DNA of 64,000 nt from Caldisericia bacterium (lineage in GTDB: Bacteria > Caldisericota > Caldisericia > JAAYUI01). A model generated the notes under the pieces. That model worked only from the letters and a program-made list of their open reading frames with translations, had not been told where the DNA came from and did not search any database. Positions within the stretch are counted from its first letter, which is position 1. Each line of letters begins with the position of its first letter. A program made the position numbers and the translations under genes. Shown piece by piece: positions 30,024 to 39,282 of this stretch. Location: the NCBI GenBank assembly GCA_963674785.1, contig OY771555.1:832001-896000 (forward strand). Direction: 5' to 3'.

Positions 30024-30932
30024 TTAGTCCTCCTTGGTAAGGTCGATTATGTTTGGTTTGAAATCGAGTTTACCAATTATTTCTTTGTATTCATCTTCTG
30101 TGGTTTCCTGAGGAGTTTTCCCAAGGATACCACATATCATCGCTTCAATAACATTTGCGCCAAATGTTCTTCCATTCATGTCTGGTGTCACTGTGGCAAG
30201 GGTTTTTACACCACGCTTTTTGAACTCGGCTCTATTTTTCTCAGTTGTTGTATTTGTGACAACAATTTTTCCGTTCATATCCGGTGGCATGTTTTTCCAG
30301 ATATAGTGAAGGTCTCCCGCGATAACATCTGCCCAGGCAAAGAATCTGTTCTTTTTTGTACCTGGGTCATTTTGTTTTGAGCCGAGTGGATAAAGCCAGG
30401 AATATGGAAGCTTCACGATTATTGGCATAAGAACTGCTGCAAGGAAGTTTACCATTTTGAGACTTCTGATTGCGGCAGGGATTCCTAGAGAAAATGCCAG
30501 ATCCCCATATGTTGTTTTGCATCCATGATCAGAGAAGACCTTTGCAAGGTAATATCTGTCAACTGCTGTCATGACGAGTACTTTCTGGTCTGAGTTCAAA
30601 ATCCCAGAATCAAAAAGCTGATCAACTATCATCGGTTCAAGCACGGCTTTTAGGAATGCACCATCACAAACTGGTTTTTCTGGTGCTGCTTTTGACCATT
30701 TGTATGGTTCACCCATGATGTATGTTTTACCGGCGGGACGCATGTAGATGTCCCCACCTCCCATACCAAATGCCGAAACCTCTGAATCAAGTTCAGCAAA
30801 AAGCTCCATCATTTTCTTTGGGTCTCCGTCTGTTCCGATCCTGCTTATTTCAAACTTTTCACCCAACAGCTCTGTCTCGTATGAATGGTTTCTTTTAGAT
30901 GACCCCAAACTGACAGATACGATCTTCTTCAT
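30024..30932 (-). CDS. Conserved uncharacterised protein (family often labelled 'quinate 5-dehydrogenase')
   Basis: VSVSLGSSKR, RIGTDGD, TNTT and GRTFGANV.EA motifs; function not supported by the sequence itself. Confidence 0.6.
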   Translation of the reverse strand: MKKIVSVSLGSSKRNHSYETELLGEKFEISRIGTDGDPKKMMELFAELDSEVSAFGMGGGDIYMRPAGKTYIMGEPYKWSKAAPEKPVCDGAFLKAVLEPMIVDQLFDSGILNSDQKVLVMTAVDRYYLAKVFSDHGCKTTYGDLAFSLGIPAAIRSLKMVNFLAAVLMPIIVKLPYSWLYPLGSKQNDPGTKKNRFFAWADVIAGDLHYIWKNMPPDMNGKIVVTNTTTEKNRAEFKKRGVKTLATVTPDMNGRTFGANVIEAMICGILGKTPQETTEDEYKEIIGKLDFKPNIIDLTKED

Positions 30933-30949
30933 TCCATCTTCCTTCTTTC

Positions 30950-31459
30950 CTATTTGTGCCTTATCACTTCAAATCTTTTGATTGTGATTTTCTCACCATC
31001 GTGAATTCCGGCTTTTGCTCTTGCTATTCTGAGTTGTTCTGCAACCGTGTCAACCCCTTCAAGGTCAGGTAACAGTAACCCCTTTCTCATTCCAAGGCTG
31101 ACAATCACGCCGTAAATCTTTGGATCAAGTTCTGCGATGTCATTTACCAGTTCAGGTTCAGTCAATACATCAACATTGATATCAATGTCATCCAACTCAG
31201 CTTTTGTGACAGGAGGGAATCTGGGGTCTTCAGTTGATGATGCAATCGCCATGTTTATTATTTCCTGTGCGATAGAATCTGACATTGGGGCAAATGTTCC
31301 AATGCATCCTCTGAGTCTGCCAAATTTGTGCAAGGATACGAACACCCCCGCTCTTGATTTCATATCTTCTGGCAATGGGCTTGGGGGAGAAATCTCCTTG
31401 CCTGTTGTTATATAGACTGAAATCGTTTTCCTGGCAAGCTCAGTGAATGCGTCTGGCAT
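30950..31459 (-). CDS. amrA: AMMECR1-domain AmmeMemoRadiSam system protein A
   Basis: GVFVSL, LRGCIGT, DPRFPPV, GLLLPDL. Confidence 0.9.
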   Translation of the reverse strand: MPDAFTELARKTISVYITTGKEISPPSPLPEDMKSRAGVFVSLHKFGRLRGCIGTFAPMSDSIAQEIINMAIASSTEDPRFPPVTKAELDDIDINVDVLTEPELVNDIAELDPKIYGVIVSLGMRKGLLLPDLEGVDTVAEQLRIARAKAGIHDGEKITIKRFEVIRHK

Positions 31460-34396
31460 TTATGAGAACCTCTCCACGTGAATGATGTTTAGCTTGCCCA
31501 TGTGCATTGGAAGTTTTGCTGATGTCAGGTAGTATTTTACCTTCTTCTTTTCGGCGACAATGAGAGCACGCGATGCCTCTGGGAATATCCCGTATTCATC
31601 TGACAGTTTATCTGCTTTTTTCGCATCTTTGCCCATGACAGTCACTTTTTCGAGCCTATGGTCATTTAAAAGTTCCTCGGGCAGGAAGATTGATGCAGTA
31701 TGGCTGATATAGATTTTATTAAACAGATGAATCAATCCATCGTGATGAAGTCTCACAATCGCACCAGCATCTGCAACAACGCCACCGATATTCAGCTTGT
31801 TTGCAAGTTCCTGTTGGGCCGAGGTTACCGCAGGAGTTTCATTGTCAATTTTGGCAACAGCAGGAATATCAGAATCGGTGTTTGGGATAGCAACCGGCTT
31901 GATTATCTTTGATTCTCTTTTTGGAGTTTGTGGAATTGGTTTTTGTGGCTCTGGATTATATTCAGGTTCGGGTTCAGGCTCTGTGGTAATGATCTCTGGT
32001 TCTGGGGCGATGGCTTTTTCAGTAATCTGCTCGTCTATTTTTTCTTCTTCAGTCACAGAATCAAAAAGTGACGATTTTTCAATTGCTGGTTCAGGGAAGA
32101 GCTGTTCCTGCTCCTGATTCCGGATTGGTTCTGGCTCTGGTTCAGGTTTTTTTACCTGTGGATCTTCCACAATTTCAGGTGGTTTTGGTTTTTCAACTGG
32201 AGGCTTGAGAATCTCAGGTTCTGTTTTTGGCTTTGATTCCTGTGCAGGTTTTTTGTTCATGAATTGGGTTATGTCTGGCGGTCGAAGTCTTGGTGTCCTG
32301 AATGTTCCTGTCTTTCTTGTTTGTTTTGGTATGACCCTTTTTTCTGTTTCTGGTTTTTTTTCAACCTGTTTTGGTTTTTGTGGCTCTGGTTGAGGTTTTT
32401 TAACTGGTTCTGTTGTTAATGGTTCAACCTTTTCAGTCTCTACCTGTTCAAATTCTTCCTCGATTGTAGGTTGAGGTTCTTCCACAATTTCTGGCTCTTC
32501 TTCAAACTCTGGTTTATGTGAAAGTGTTGGTTCTTGTTTGTCTACAATTGGGATTTCTTCCTCTGTGTAAACGACTTCTTCCTTTTTGAAATTGCCGAGT
32601 TTATCAAGTGGTCTTTCTTCGCTATCGAAATCAGTCTTGAGGAATTCGTCATCATCCCCTTTTCCGGAGAATTTCACAAATAATGCAACGATTCCGAGGA
32701 TTATCAGGAAGATAAAGAAAAGAGTAGCAAGAAAAACAAAAAGATATTTTTGCGGGTTTTTAAAAGCCTTAGGAATATCCCTGAAGAAATTTCCTATCGA
32801 GTATCCAGTTGTTTTGTCTTCAGGCTTCTCTGGTTCTGGTTCGGGATCTACCATGGGAGCATCGTCAGGGGCACCCTCTGGTGTCCAGCCGGCAACACCA
32901 GATGCCTTCTGTGGGTTTCCGATCGTTCTTGAAACTGATAGATCAAGTGATGATGGAACCTGGAAAAATCCAGCTTTCTTGCCTGGGTCTCCATCAAGAA
33001 GAAGCATTGTTTCAGTAACTGAGAAATTCGCTTTTGAATGAGAACCTTTTGCTAAAGCCTCCGTTGTTTGAACAGCTTTTCCGGTTACCTCAAAAAACAA
33101 ACTTCCAGTTTCTTTGACTTCACCACTGGAAAATGGTTCCATCAACCAAAGTTTTCTGTTTCCGCCTTCAGTATCTGATGGACCAGTAAATGTATTCCAT
33201 GTGTCACCCATATTATTTGCGGTGATTGATGGGAGAAAGGTCGCACCGTTGTCTGCTGACTCAGACCCCATCGCAAGTACTGTTATTGGTCTAGTAGAAA
33301 CAATCGTTGTTGCATTCATGAATTCAGATTTTTCGGGAAGACCGTTTGCAAATATCTTTTTTTCACCTGCATTCATGACAAAAGTTTCAGGATTTTTGCT
33401 TTTGTCAGACCAGATGACATCGATTTTTGTGTCGTCAAATGTTGCACCAATGAGAACCTTGCCAATTGGCATATATGAATACTTCAGTCCCTTCTGAGGA
33501 ACTGAAAAAACAGATGTTCTTGGGGATGAGCCGTATTGAATCACACAGTTTTTGTCGGTGTCTACTGTACAGAAAGTTTGTGAAAGTTCATCAATATAGA
33601 GGGTCTGACCTTTTGATAAAACTTCGCTTTTATATTGACTTCCCCTGGCACTTACTCTTACGGTGTTCTGGTCGTGAAGAGATGTTATTGCAAGAATGTC
33701 TGGGACATAGATATGACAGAAAGAGCTGTTGGGTATAAAAGCTGTCATGTCCCCATTTTTTGAGCTGAAATTGCCAACCGCAACTGAGCACATTCCGGTT
33801 TCGCTGTATATCTTCAGTGTGGTTGGTTCTTTGAGTGAGAATTGCCTGAGTGATCCTGGGCCATAAACCTCTGCTGCAACGGTTCTCCCAGTTTTTGCAT
33901 CCTTGATGAAGTTTCCCTCTGAATCTTCGATTGTGATCTTGTTATCTTTTGAATAGGAACTGATTTTGACATCACCCCAGGCATATGTCACAAAAAACTT
34001 GCCAAGGTATCTTTCAACACCAGCATGGGTCTGAAGAGGTTTATTTGCGTCAGGATTGCCGTAATAGATGTAATAATCCTCTGTGCCATTTGCAGGGATA
34101 TCGGCACCGATGCGAATTTTAATGAGGTTTCCTGCCGGATTTTTTGAGGTGATCTGGAATGGGATGATGTTTCCCTTGCTGTCTGTGACCCTGATATCAG
34201 AACCGTCCTGGTTCATGTGTTCCATGGATAGTTGAATGTCAATTGGGTGTGAAAGTCTTGGGATTCCCGCCTTTTCATTTACCGTAACAATAGATCGGTA
34301 CTCCCAGTATTTGGACTTAGTATCTGCTTTGGTGGAGATTGCAAATATCCCAAAGGTAAGAAGTATGATTAGTAAGGAGATTAGTCCTTTTTTCAT
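31460..34396 (-). CDS. Single-pass membrane protein: DUF2341-like and IgGFc-binding-like ectodomain, Pro/Glu-rich linker, C-terminal PIN-like domain
   Basis: Signal peptide; W.YR, DGSDIRV and YYIYYGNP motifs; TM LFVFLATLFFIFLIILGIVALFV; PEPE/KP repeats; VVADAGAI...PEASRALIVAE. Confidence 0.65.
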   Translation of the reverse strand: MKKGLISLLIILLTFGIFAISTKADTKSKYWEYRSIVTVNEKAGIPRLSHPIDIQLSMEHMNQDGSDIRVTDSKGNIIPFQITSKNPAGNLIKIRIGADIPANGTEDYYIYYGNPDANKPLQTHAGVERYLGKFFVTYAWGDVKISSYSKDNKITIEDSEGNFIKDAKTGRTVAAEVYGPGSLRQFSLKEPTTLKIYSETGMCSVAVGNFSSKNGDMTAFIPNSSFCHIYVPDILAITSLHDQNTVRVSARGSQYKSEVLSKGQTLYIDELSQTFCTVDTDKNCVIQYGSSPRTSVFSVPQKGLKYSYMPIGKVLIGATFDDTKIDVIWSDKSKNPETFVMNAGEKKIFANGLPEKSEFMNATTIVSTRPITVLAMGSESADNGATFLPSITANNMGDTWNTFTGPSDTEGGNRKLWLMEPFSSGEVKETGSLFFEVTGKAVQTTEALAKGSHSKANFSVTETMLLLDGDPGKKAGFFQVPSSLDLSVSRTIGNPQKASGVAGWTPEGAPDDAPMVDPEPEPEKPEDKTTGYSIGNFFRDIPKAFKNPQKYLFVFLATLFFIFLIILGIVALFVKFSGKGDDDEFLKTDFDSEERPLDKLGNFKKEEVVYTEEEIPIVDKQEPTLSHKPEFEEEPEIVEEPQPTIEEEFEQVETEKVEPLTTEPVKKPQPEPQKPKQVEKKPETEKRVIPKQTRKTGTFRTPRLRPPDITQFMNKKPAQESKPKTEPEILKPPVEKPKPPEIVEDPQVKKPEPEPEPIRNQEQEQLFPEPAIEKSSLFDSVTEEEKIDEQITEKAIAPEPEIITTEPEPEPEYNPEPQKPIPQTPKRESKIIKPVAIPNTDSDIPAVAKIDNETPAVTSAQQELANKLNIGGVVADAGAIVRLHHDGLIHLFNKIYISHTASIFLPEELLNDHRLEKVTVMGKDAKKADKLSDEYGIFPEASRALIVAEKKKVKYYLTSAKLPMHMGKLNIIHVERFS

Positions 34397-35035
34397 CTAT
34401 TCGTCCTGTTTTCTAACTCTCGTTGTACAGAATGGACAAACCTTCCATTCGGTTTCAAGAAGCCTTCCACAGCTTGGGCAGCTCATCTTGAGTTGCTTAA
34501 AGCAGTTTGGGCAAACCTGATAATCATCAGAAATTGGAGTTCCGCAAACAGGACAGATATGTTTTTCTTTTGATAAAACGTACTGATAATAATCACTTTC
34601 AATCTTTCGAAGTCTTGCATCAGACTCAATGATTTTTTGCTCCTCGGTCGTAAGAACCGGTCTCCAGAGAAGGTATATGATCCATGGGATAATAAGAAGA
34701 GACGCAATCCCCCAGACCCAACCGTAGTTTGTTCTTCTGTCCGCATCAAAGTAGACCCAGAGAGCGATGAAGACAACGGTCATAATAAGAATCCATGGGA
34801 GAAGTCTTGCAAAAAGACTTAGGAAATTATTGATGCTTGTGAGAAGGTCGGGTGGACTTCCAGGGTCAGTTAATGCGACTTCGGGGGTGCTTGTAACTTC
34901 AGTCACAGTTTCAGTAACATCTTCAGCATCTGCAACAATCATGGTGGAATCATAGTTAATCTCTGCAGCAACCACGGTTATTACTGGCATCAGTACGATA
35001 ACAAATACAACAATCAGCAGTGCAAATCTCTTCAC
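34397..35035 (-). CDS. Membrane protein with C-terminal double zinc ribbon
   Basis: GGAGGT SD before GTG 35035; WVYFDA and IYLLWRP motifs; CPVCG/CPNC/CPSCG/CPFC. Confidence 0.8.
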   Translation of the reverse strand: MKRFALLIVVFVIVLMPVITVVAAEINYDSTMIVADAEDVTETVTEVTSTPEVALTDPGSPPDLLTSINNFLSLFARLLPWILIMTVVFIALWVYFDADRRTNYGWVWGIASLLIIPWIIYLLWRPVLTTEEQKIIESDARLRKIESDYYQYVLSKEKHICPVCGTPISDDYQVCPNCFKQLKMSCPSCGRLLETEWKVCPFCTTRVRKQDE

Positions 35036-35054
35036 AGCATACCTCCGTTCGTCA

Positions 35055-35082
35055 ATTCTAGTCAGCATGTCGATGTTTGCAA
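35055..35082 (-). promoter_or_regulatory. Sigma70-like promoter for the 35035-26030 operon
   Basis: Minus strand TTGCAA-N16-TAGAAT. Confidence 0.5.
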
Positions 35083-35092
35083 GGATTTTTGG

Positions 35093-35125
35093 AAAGAAAA
35101 AAGCCCCTCATGTTTCAAGGGGCTT
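35093..35125 (-). terminator. Intrinsic terminator after the stalk-protein array
   Basis: Minus strand AAGCCCCT...AGGGGCTT followed by a T-rich tail. Confidence 0.8.
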
Positions 35126-35156
35126 ATACTTAAAATGATTTTCAAAACAGCTTTTA

Positions 35157-36512
35157 TTATTCTGGATGAATGATCTTATCAATCATCACAAGTTTTTCGT
35201 TTGCATCATACTGCACGCTCGCATCAAAAGTTTCTGCTACAAACCTTAACGGTACCATGGTTCTTCCATTTATGATGGTGGCAGGTGGATCGATAGCTGA
35301 TTCCTTGCCGTCTATTGTGACGATGGGGCTGCCAATTGGCATTAAGACTCTGGTTTTTCCATATATGAACACAACAGTCCTGGTTTCTGAAACCCACTCT
35401 GTTGTCGCACTGAAACTGTCTGCAACAGCTCTAAAAGGTATCATTGTCCTGTCACGAAGGATGGTGGCCGGAGTATCCAGTTTGATCATTTCTCCATTTA
35501 CTTCCATCTCATCACGACCAATCCACACCCTCATGTTCAGATAGTCACAGTTTTCATAATCAATATCCCTTGTTTCAAGGATTTCTCCATCAGCGTCGAA
35601 AACCTCAACTTTTATCGGGGTAAATGATGGCTCTTTATTGAGTGCTACTTCATGGTCGAATTGATGGTATATCTTGGATTCCTTTGAGTTTACGGAAACG
35701 AATGTTTCGTAGGGGATTTCACCAAAGATTTCGTATTGTGTCTGGTTAAATATTTTGGGGTTTGGTGTATCCAGCTTGAGAATGTCTTCAGGTGGAAAGT
35801 CGTTTTGGGGTTCATCTGGTTCTGGTACTGTCTCTTGTATGATTACAAAATCTTCGCCATTGGTATCGCCAACTTTGAAGTCGAATGCCTGCAGGATGAA
35901 GGGCAGATGAACCATGATTTGGTTGTCAATCATTGATGGTGCAGCTTCCATTTGGAATGTTTCACCGTTAATAGTCGCCCATGTTGATCCAACTGTTAAA
36001 ACCGCGACATGAGAACCAAGAGTAATTGTAGCTGAAGATCCTACAGGAGTTACTGCAACGCCGTCAAAACCTTCATATAATAATTGAAGCGGTACCATTG
36101 TGTAATCATTTATCAACTGTGGGGCGACATCAAGCTCAATCCTTTTTCCACTTGCATAAATCGTTTTTTTATCTAAATAAATTGATAATTCTCTTCTAAA
36201 AATATTTTTTAACTGGAAATCAAATGACTTTATAACCTCCCCATCTTTATCTGTTACCTCAATGTTTGCAGTGGTTATCGATGGTGCCTTATCAAGATAC
36301 ACAGTGTGTCTGAATTTCCTTTTTACTTCTGCATCTTCGCCATTTACTTTGACGTTTGTGCTCTCCCAAACTTTGCCAGAGATTGTGACACTCTCAGCTT
36401 TGATCGATGAGAGTTCAGAATTCAAAATCACAAGCGTTGGGATTTCAGCAGATACAATCCCTCCTCCAAAAACCAATCCCACAATCAATATTAAAGTTAC
36501 CAGTTTTCTCAT
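35157..36512 (-). CDS. Stalk-domain surface protein (2 Ig-like+stalk units)
   Basis: Signal peptide; TMIPFRAVA and TMVPLRFVAETF motifs. Confidence 0.85.
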   Translation of the reverse strand: MRKLVTLILIVGLVFGGGIVSAEIPTLVILNSELSSIKAESVTISGKVWESTNVKVNGEDAEVKRKFRHTVYLDKAPSITTANIEVTDKDGEVIKSFDFQLKNIFRRELSIYLDKKTIYASGKRIELDVAPQLINDYTMVPLQLLYEGFDGVAVTPVGSSATITLGSHVAVLTVGSTWATINGETFQMEAAPSMIDNQIMVHLPFILQAFDFKVGDTNGEDFVIIQETVPEPDEPQNDFPPEDILKLDTPNPKIFNQTQYEIFGEIPYETFVSVNSKESKIYHQFDHEVALNKEPSFTPIKVEVFDADGEILETRDIDYENCDYLNMRVWIGRDEMEVNGEMIKLDTPATILRDRTMIPFRAVADSFSATTEWVSETRTVVFIYGKTRVLMPIGSPIVTIDGKESAIDPPATIINGRTMVPLRFVAETFDASVQYDANEKLVMIDKIIHPE

Positions 36513-36525
36513 TTTGTTTCTCCCA

Positions 36526-37905
36526 TCATGGATAAATTTTTTGTCTTATCACAATTGCTTTCTCATCAGCAATCCACTCAAGTTCTGCGTTAAAGGCTTC
36601 TACGACAAACCTCAATGGTACCATTATACTACCGTTTACAACCTGTGCAGGAACATCAAGCTCAATCTCTTGGTCATTATATTTTGCAGTTTTTGACCCG
36701 AGTTTTAATTCGATTCTTGTTTCTCCACCGGCGTTGTTGACCCGTATTTTAACAGTTTTTATTGCATCAATCCATTCTAGCTCTGCTCCAAATACCTCGG
36801 TAATTGATCTAAATGGAACCAAGGTTGAGCCGTCAATTACTTGTGGGGGTGCGTATAATTCATATGGAGTTCCATTCACCATCATTTCAGTTTTATCAAC
36901 CCAAAGTTGGATTACAAGCTCGCTGGCATTCACAAACAGTTCCGTTTTAAAATTAATTGGTTCTCCCTCTGGATCTTCAGATTCAATGTTTATTACAGTA
37001 AATGACGGAGCTTCTTTGACCGGCATTGTTATCCTGAATTTCTTGAAGATTTCTGCTTCAAGCCCATTTACAAATACTGATGATCCCGCTGGCACTTCAC
37101 CCTCAATCATGTAGTGTTCTGCTTCTAAAACTGAAGGTTCCCAGTCATCAAGGATGAGGTTTCCAGTATTTTTCACCTTTGGGGTTTTGAAATCTGGTGC
37201 GGGATTAGACTCTCTCTTTATTATGATTGATTGGTTAGCTCCATCCCAAAAAACCTTAGCACCAAATGTTTCTGCTACGAATCTTATTGGTACAAACGTA
37301 TGGCCATCTACAAGTTTTGCAGGCGCATCAAGTTTGAGCTCCTCCCCATTTATTATTGCAACTGTTTTGTCAAGTGAAAGCTCCAGCTTTATTTTGTCTC
37401 CTGTCATTAGGATTGTTTTTGTTTCTTGAACCCAAGCAACTTCAGCTCCAAGATTTTCTGCAATACTCCTAAATGGGAGCATTGTTCTCCAGTTTTTTGT
37501 GTCAATAAATGGTGCTGCTGAGATTTCTTGTTTTATGCCATTTACTTCCATGACGGTGCTGTTTATCTGGTATTTCAGTTCTATCATAGACTTGTTTGCA
37601 ACCTGGAGTGTGTAACTCTCAATATTCTCACCGGCCTCATTTTTTACAACAATTCCTGCAGGAGTATATGAAGGTGCTTTGTCGAGGGGAACTGAGATTC
37701 TGAATTTTGTAAATACCTCCGCTTCACTTCCATTCACCCAGATTTTTTCTAAATCGTATGGAATCTCCCCTTCAAGATAGTATTCAGTTAATTTAAAACC
37801 CGATAGTTCCGGGTCATCCAAGATAATAACCGGCTCATCAGCCCAAATTATCCCAGCACCAAAAACCAACCCTATGATTACAAGCAATGCAATAAACTTC
37901 TTCAT
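36526..37905 (-). CDS. Stalk-domain surface protein (2 units)
   Basis: ILDDPEL...YLEGEIP; TMLPFRSIAENLGA; VPIRFVAETFGA. Confidence 0.85.
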   Translation of the reverse strand: MKKFIALLVIIGLVFGAGIIWADEPVIILDDPELSGFKLTEYYLEGEIPYDLEKIWVNGSEAEVFTKFRISVPLDKAPSYTPAGIVVKNEAGENIESYTLQVANKSMIELKYQINSTVMEVNGIKQEISAAPFIDTKNWRTMLPFRSIAENLGAEVAWVQETKTILMTGDKIKLELSLDKTVAIINGEELKLDAPAKLVDGHTFVPIRFVAETFGAKVFWDGANQSIIIKRESNPAPDFKTPKVKNTGNLILDDWEPSVLEAEHYMIEGEVPAGSSVFVNGLEAEIFKKFRITMPVKEAPSFTVINIESEDPEGEPINFKTELFVNASELVIQLWVDKTEMMVNGTPYELYAPPQVIDGSTLVPFRSITEVFGAELEWIDAIKTVKIRVNNAGGETRIELKLGSKTAKYNDQEIELDVPAQVVNGSIMVPLRFVVEAFNAELEWIADEKAIVIRQKIYP

Positions 37906-37917
37906 TTCTACTTCCTC

Positions 37918-39270
37918 CTATTTCCTGATTTCTATTGATCTTTCAGCTGCAAACCATGTTATTTCTGCATCAAAGGCTTCGATAATAAACCTTATGGGTA
38001 CCAATGCTCTCCCATTGATAACTTGTGCTGCGACATCCAGTGTGACATCTTGACCATTTACGGTTGATATTTTGCTGCCCAGAGGCAAAAGAATTCTTGT
38101 TGAGCCAAACTCGATAATGATGGTTTTTGTTTCATTAATCCATGTTGTTTCTGCATCAAATCCATCGGCAATTGCTCTGATTGGCACCATTGTCCTGTCA
38201 TAGACAATTTGCGGAGGAACATCAATTGGTACCATTTCTCTTTTAACCTGCATCTCAGATTTGCCAAGCCAAAGTTTGATATAGATGCCATCAAATCCGT
38301 TTATCATTTCTTCTTTTGTTTCAAGGATTTTTCCGTCTTTACCAAAAGCTTCAATTCTAACAGGAGTCATTGTGGGTTCATTTTTAAGAGACACAGTGGT
38401 TCTGAACTTTTGAATTAATTCCAAATCTTTCCCATCAACCATGATTATTGTTTTGTCTGGAATTTCTCCCTTTATGCCTAACTCCGGTTCACTGATTAGT
38501 GATGTTCTGAACCCATCAAAATCAATGACTGAATTCTCATTTTCCTCAGATACCTCAAAATCTTTTTCTGGATGGAATTCTTTTACATATTCAACAGTGT
38601 TTTTGTCGTTGCTCCAAGGTCTTGTGCAATCAAGAGCGTCTTCTGGGAACCAATGTGGAACAAAGGTTTTGTTATCCACTCTAAATGGTCTGTGTTGGAA
38701 AAGCTTTTTCTTTTCACCGTTAACATAGTAATATTTTGAATCAAACGGGATGCTGACATCATACCCTCCACCACTAAATGTCTCGGTTTGTGTTTCTTCA
38801 TCCCAGGTTGAGCCTTTGCCGTAGAATGCTTTGCAAACATCATCAAATGGAACGTAGAGGTAAATCCCGGATTTTCTAGCAGGAGCATCAATTTCAATCT
38901 CATCACCGTTGATCAGCATTGTGTTTTTGTCGAGAGTGAAAACAACTTCAGTTTTATAATAGTTTTCAATATGAAGAGTTTGATTTTCAATTATGTTGTT
39001 ATCTTCGTCAAAAGCTTCAACTTTGATGTGTGTATATGAGGGTGCAGGATTGAGTGGCACCACTGATTCGAACCTTCTAAACATTTCAACATCAGCACCA
39101 TTTACCTTAACAGATGTCCCAAGTGGGACAGTCCCCTCAAGGTGATATTCAGTTGCAACGTATGCTTTTAACTCCGGATCATCCAGGATGATTACAGATT
39201 CAGTTGCCCAAATAATCCCAGCACTAACAACCAACCCCATAACCAAAAGCAATGCGATAAACTTCTTCAT
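37918..39270 (-). CDS. Stalk-domain surface protein (2 units)
   Basis: Same architecture; TMVPIRAIA and LVPIRFII motifs. Confidence 0.85.
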   Translation of the reverse strand: MKKFIALLLVMGLVVSAGIIWATESVIILDDPELKAYVATEYHLEGTVPLGTSVKVNGADVEMFRRFESVVPLNPAPSYTHIKVEAFDEDNNIIENQTLHIENYYKTEVVFTLDKNTMLINGDEIEIDAPARKSGIYLYVPFDDVCKAFYGKGSTWDEETQTETFSGGGYDVSIPFDSKYYYVNGEKKKLFQHRPFRVDNKTFVPHWFPEDALDCTRPWSNDKNTVEYVKEFHPEKDFEVSEENENSVIDFDGFRTSLISEPELGIKGEIPDKTIIMVDGKDLELIQKFRTTVSLKNEPTMTPVRIEAFGKDGKILETKEEMINGFDGIYIKLWLGKSEMQVKREMVPIDVPPQIVYDRTMVPIRAIADGFDAETTWINETKTIIIEFGSTRILLPLGSKISTVNGQDVTLDVAAQVINGRALVPIRFIIEAFDAEITWFAAERSIEIRK

Positions 39271-39282
39271 TTCTACTCCCTC

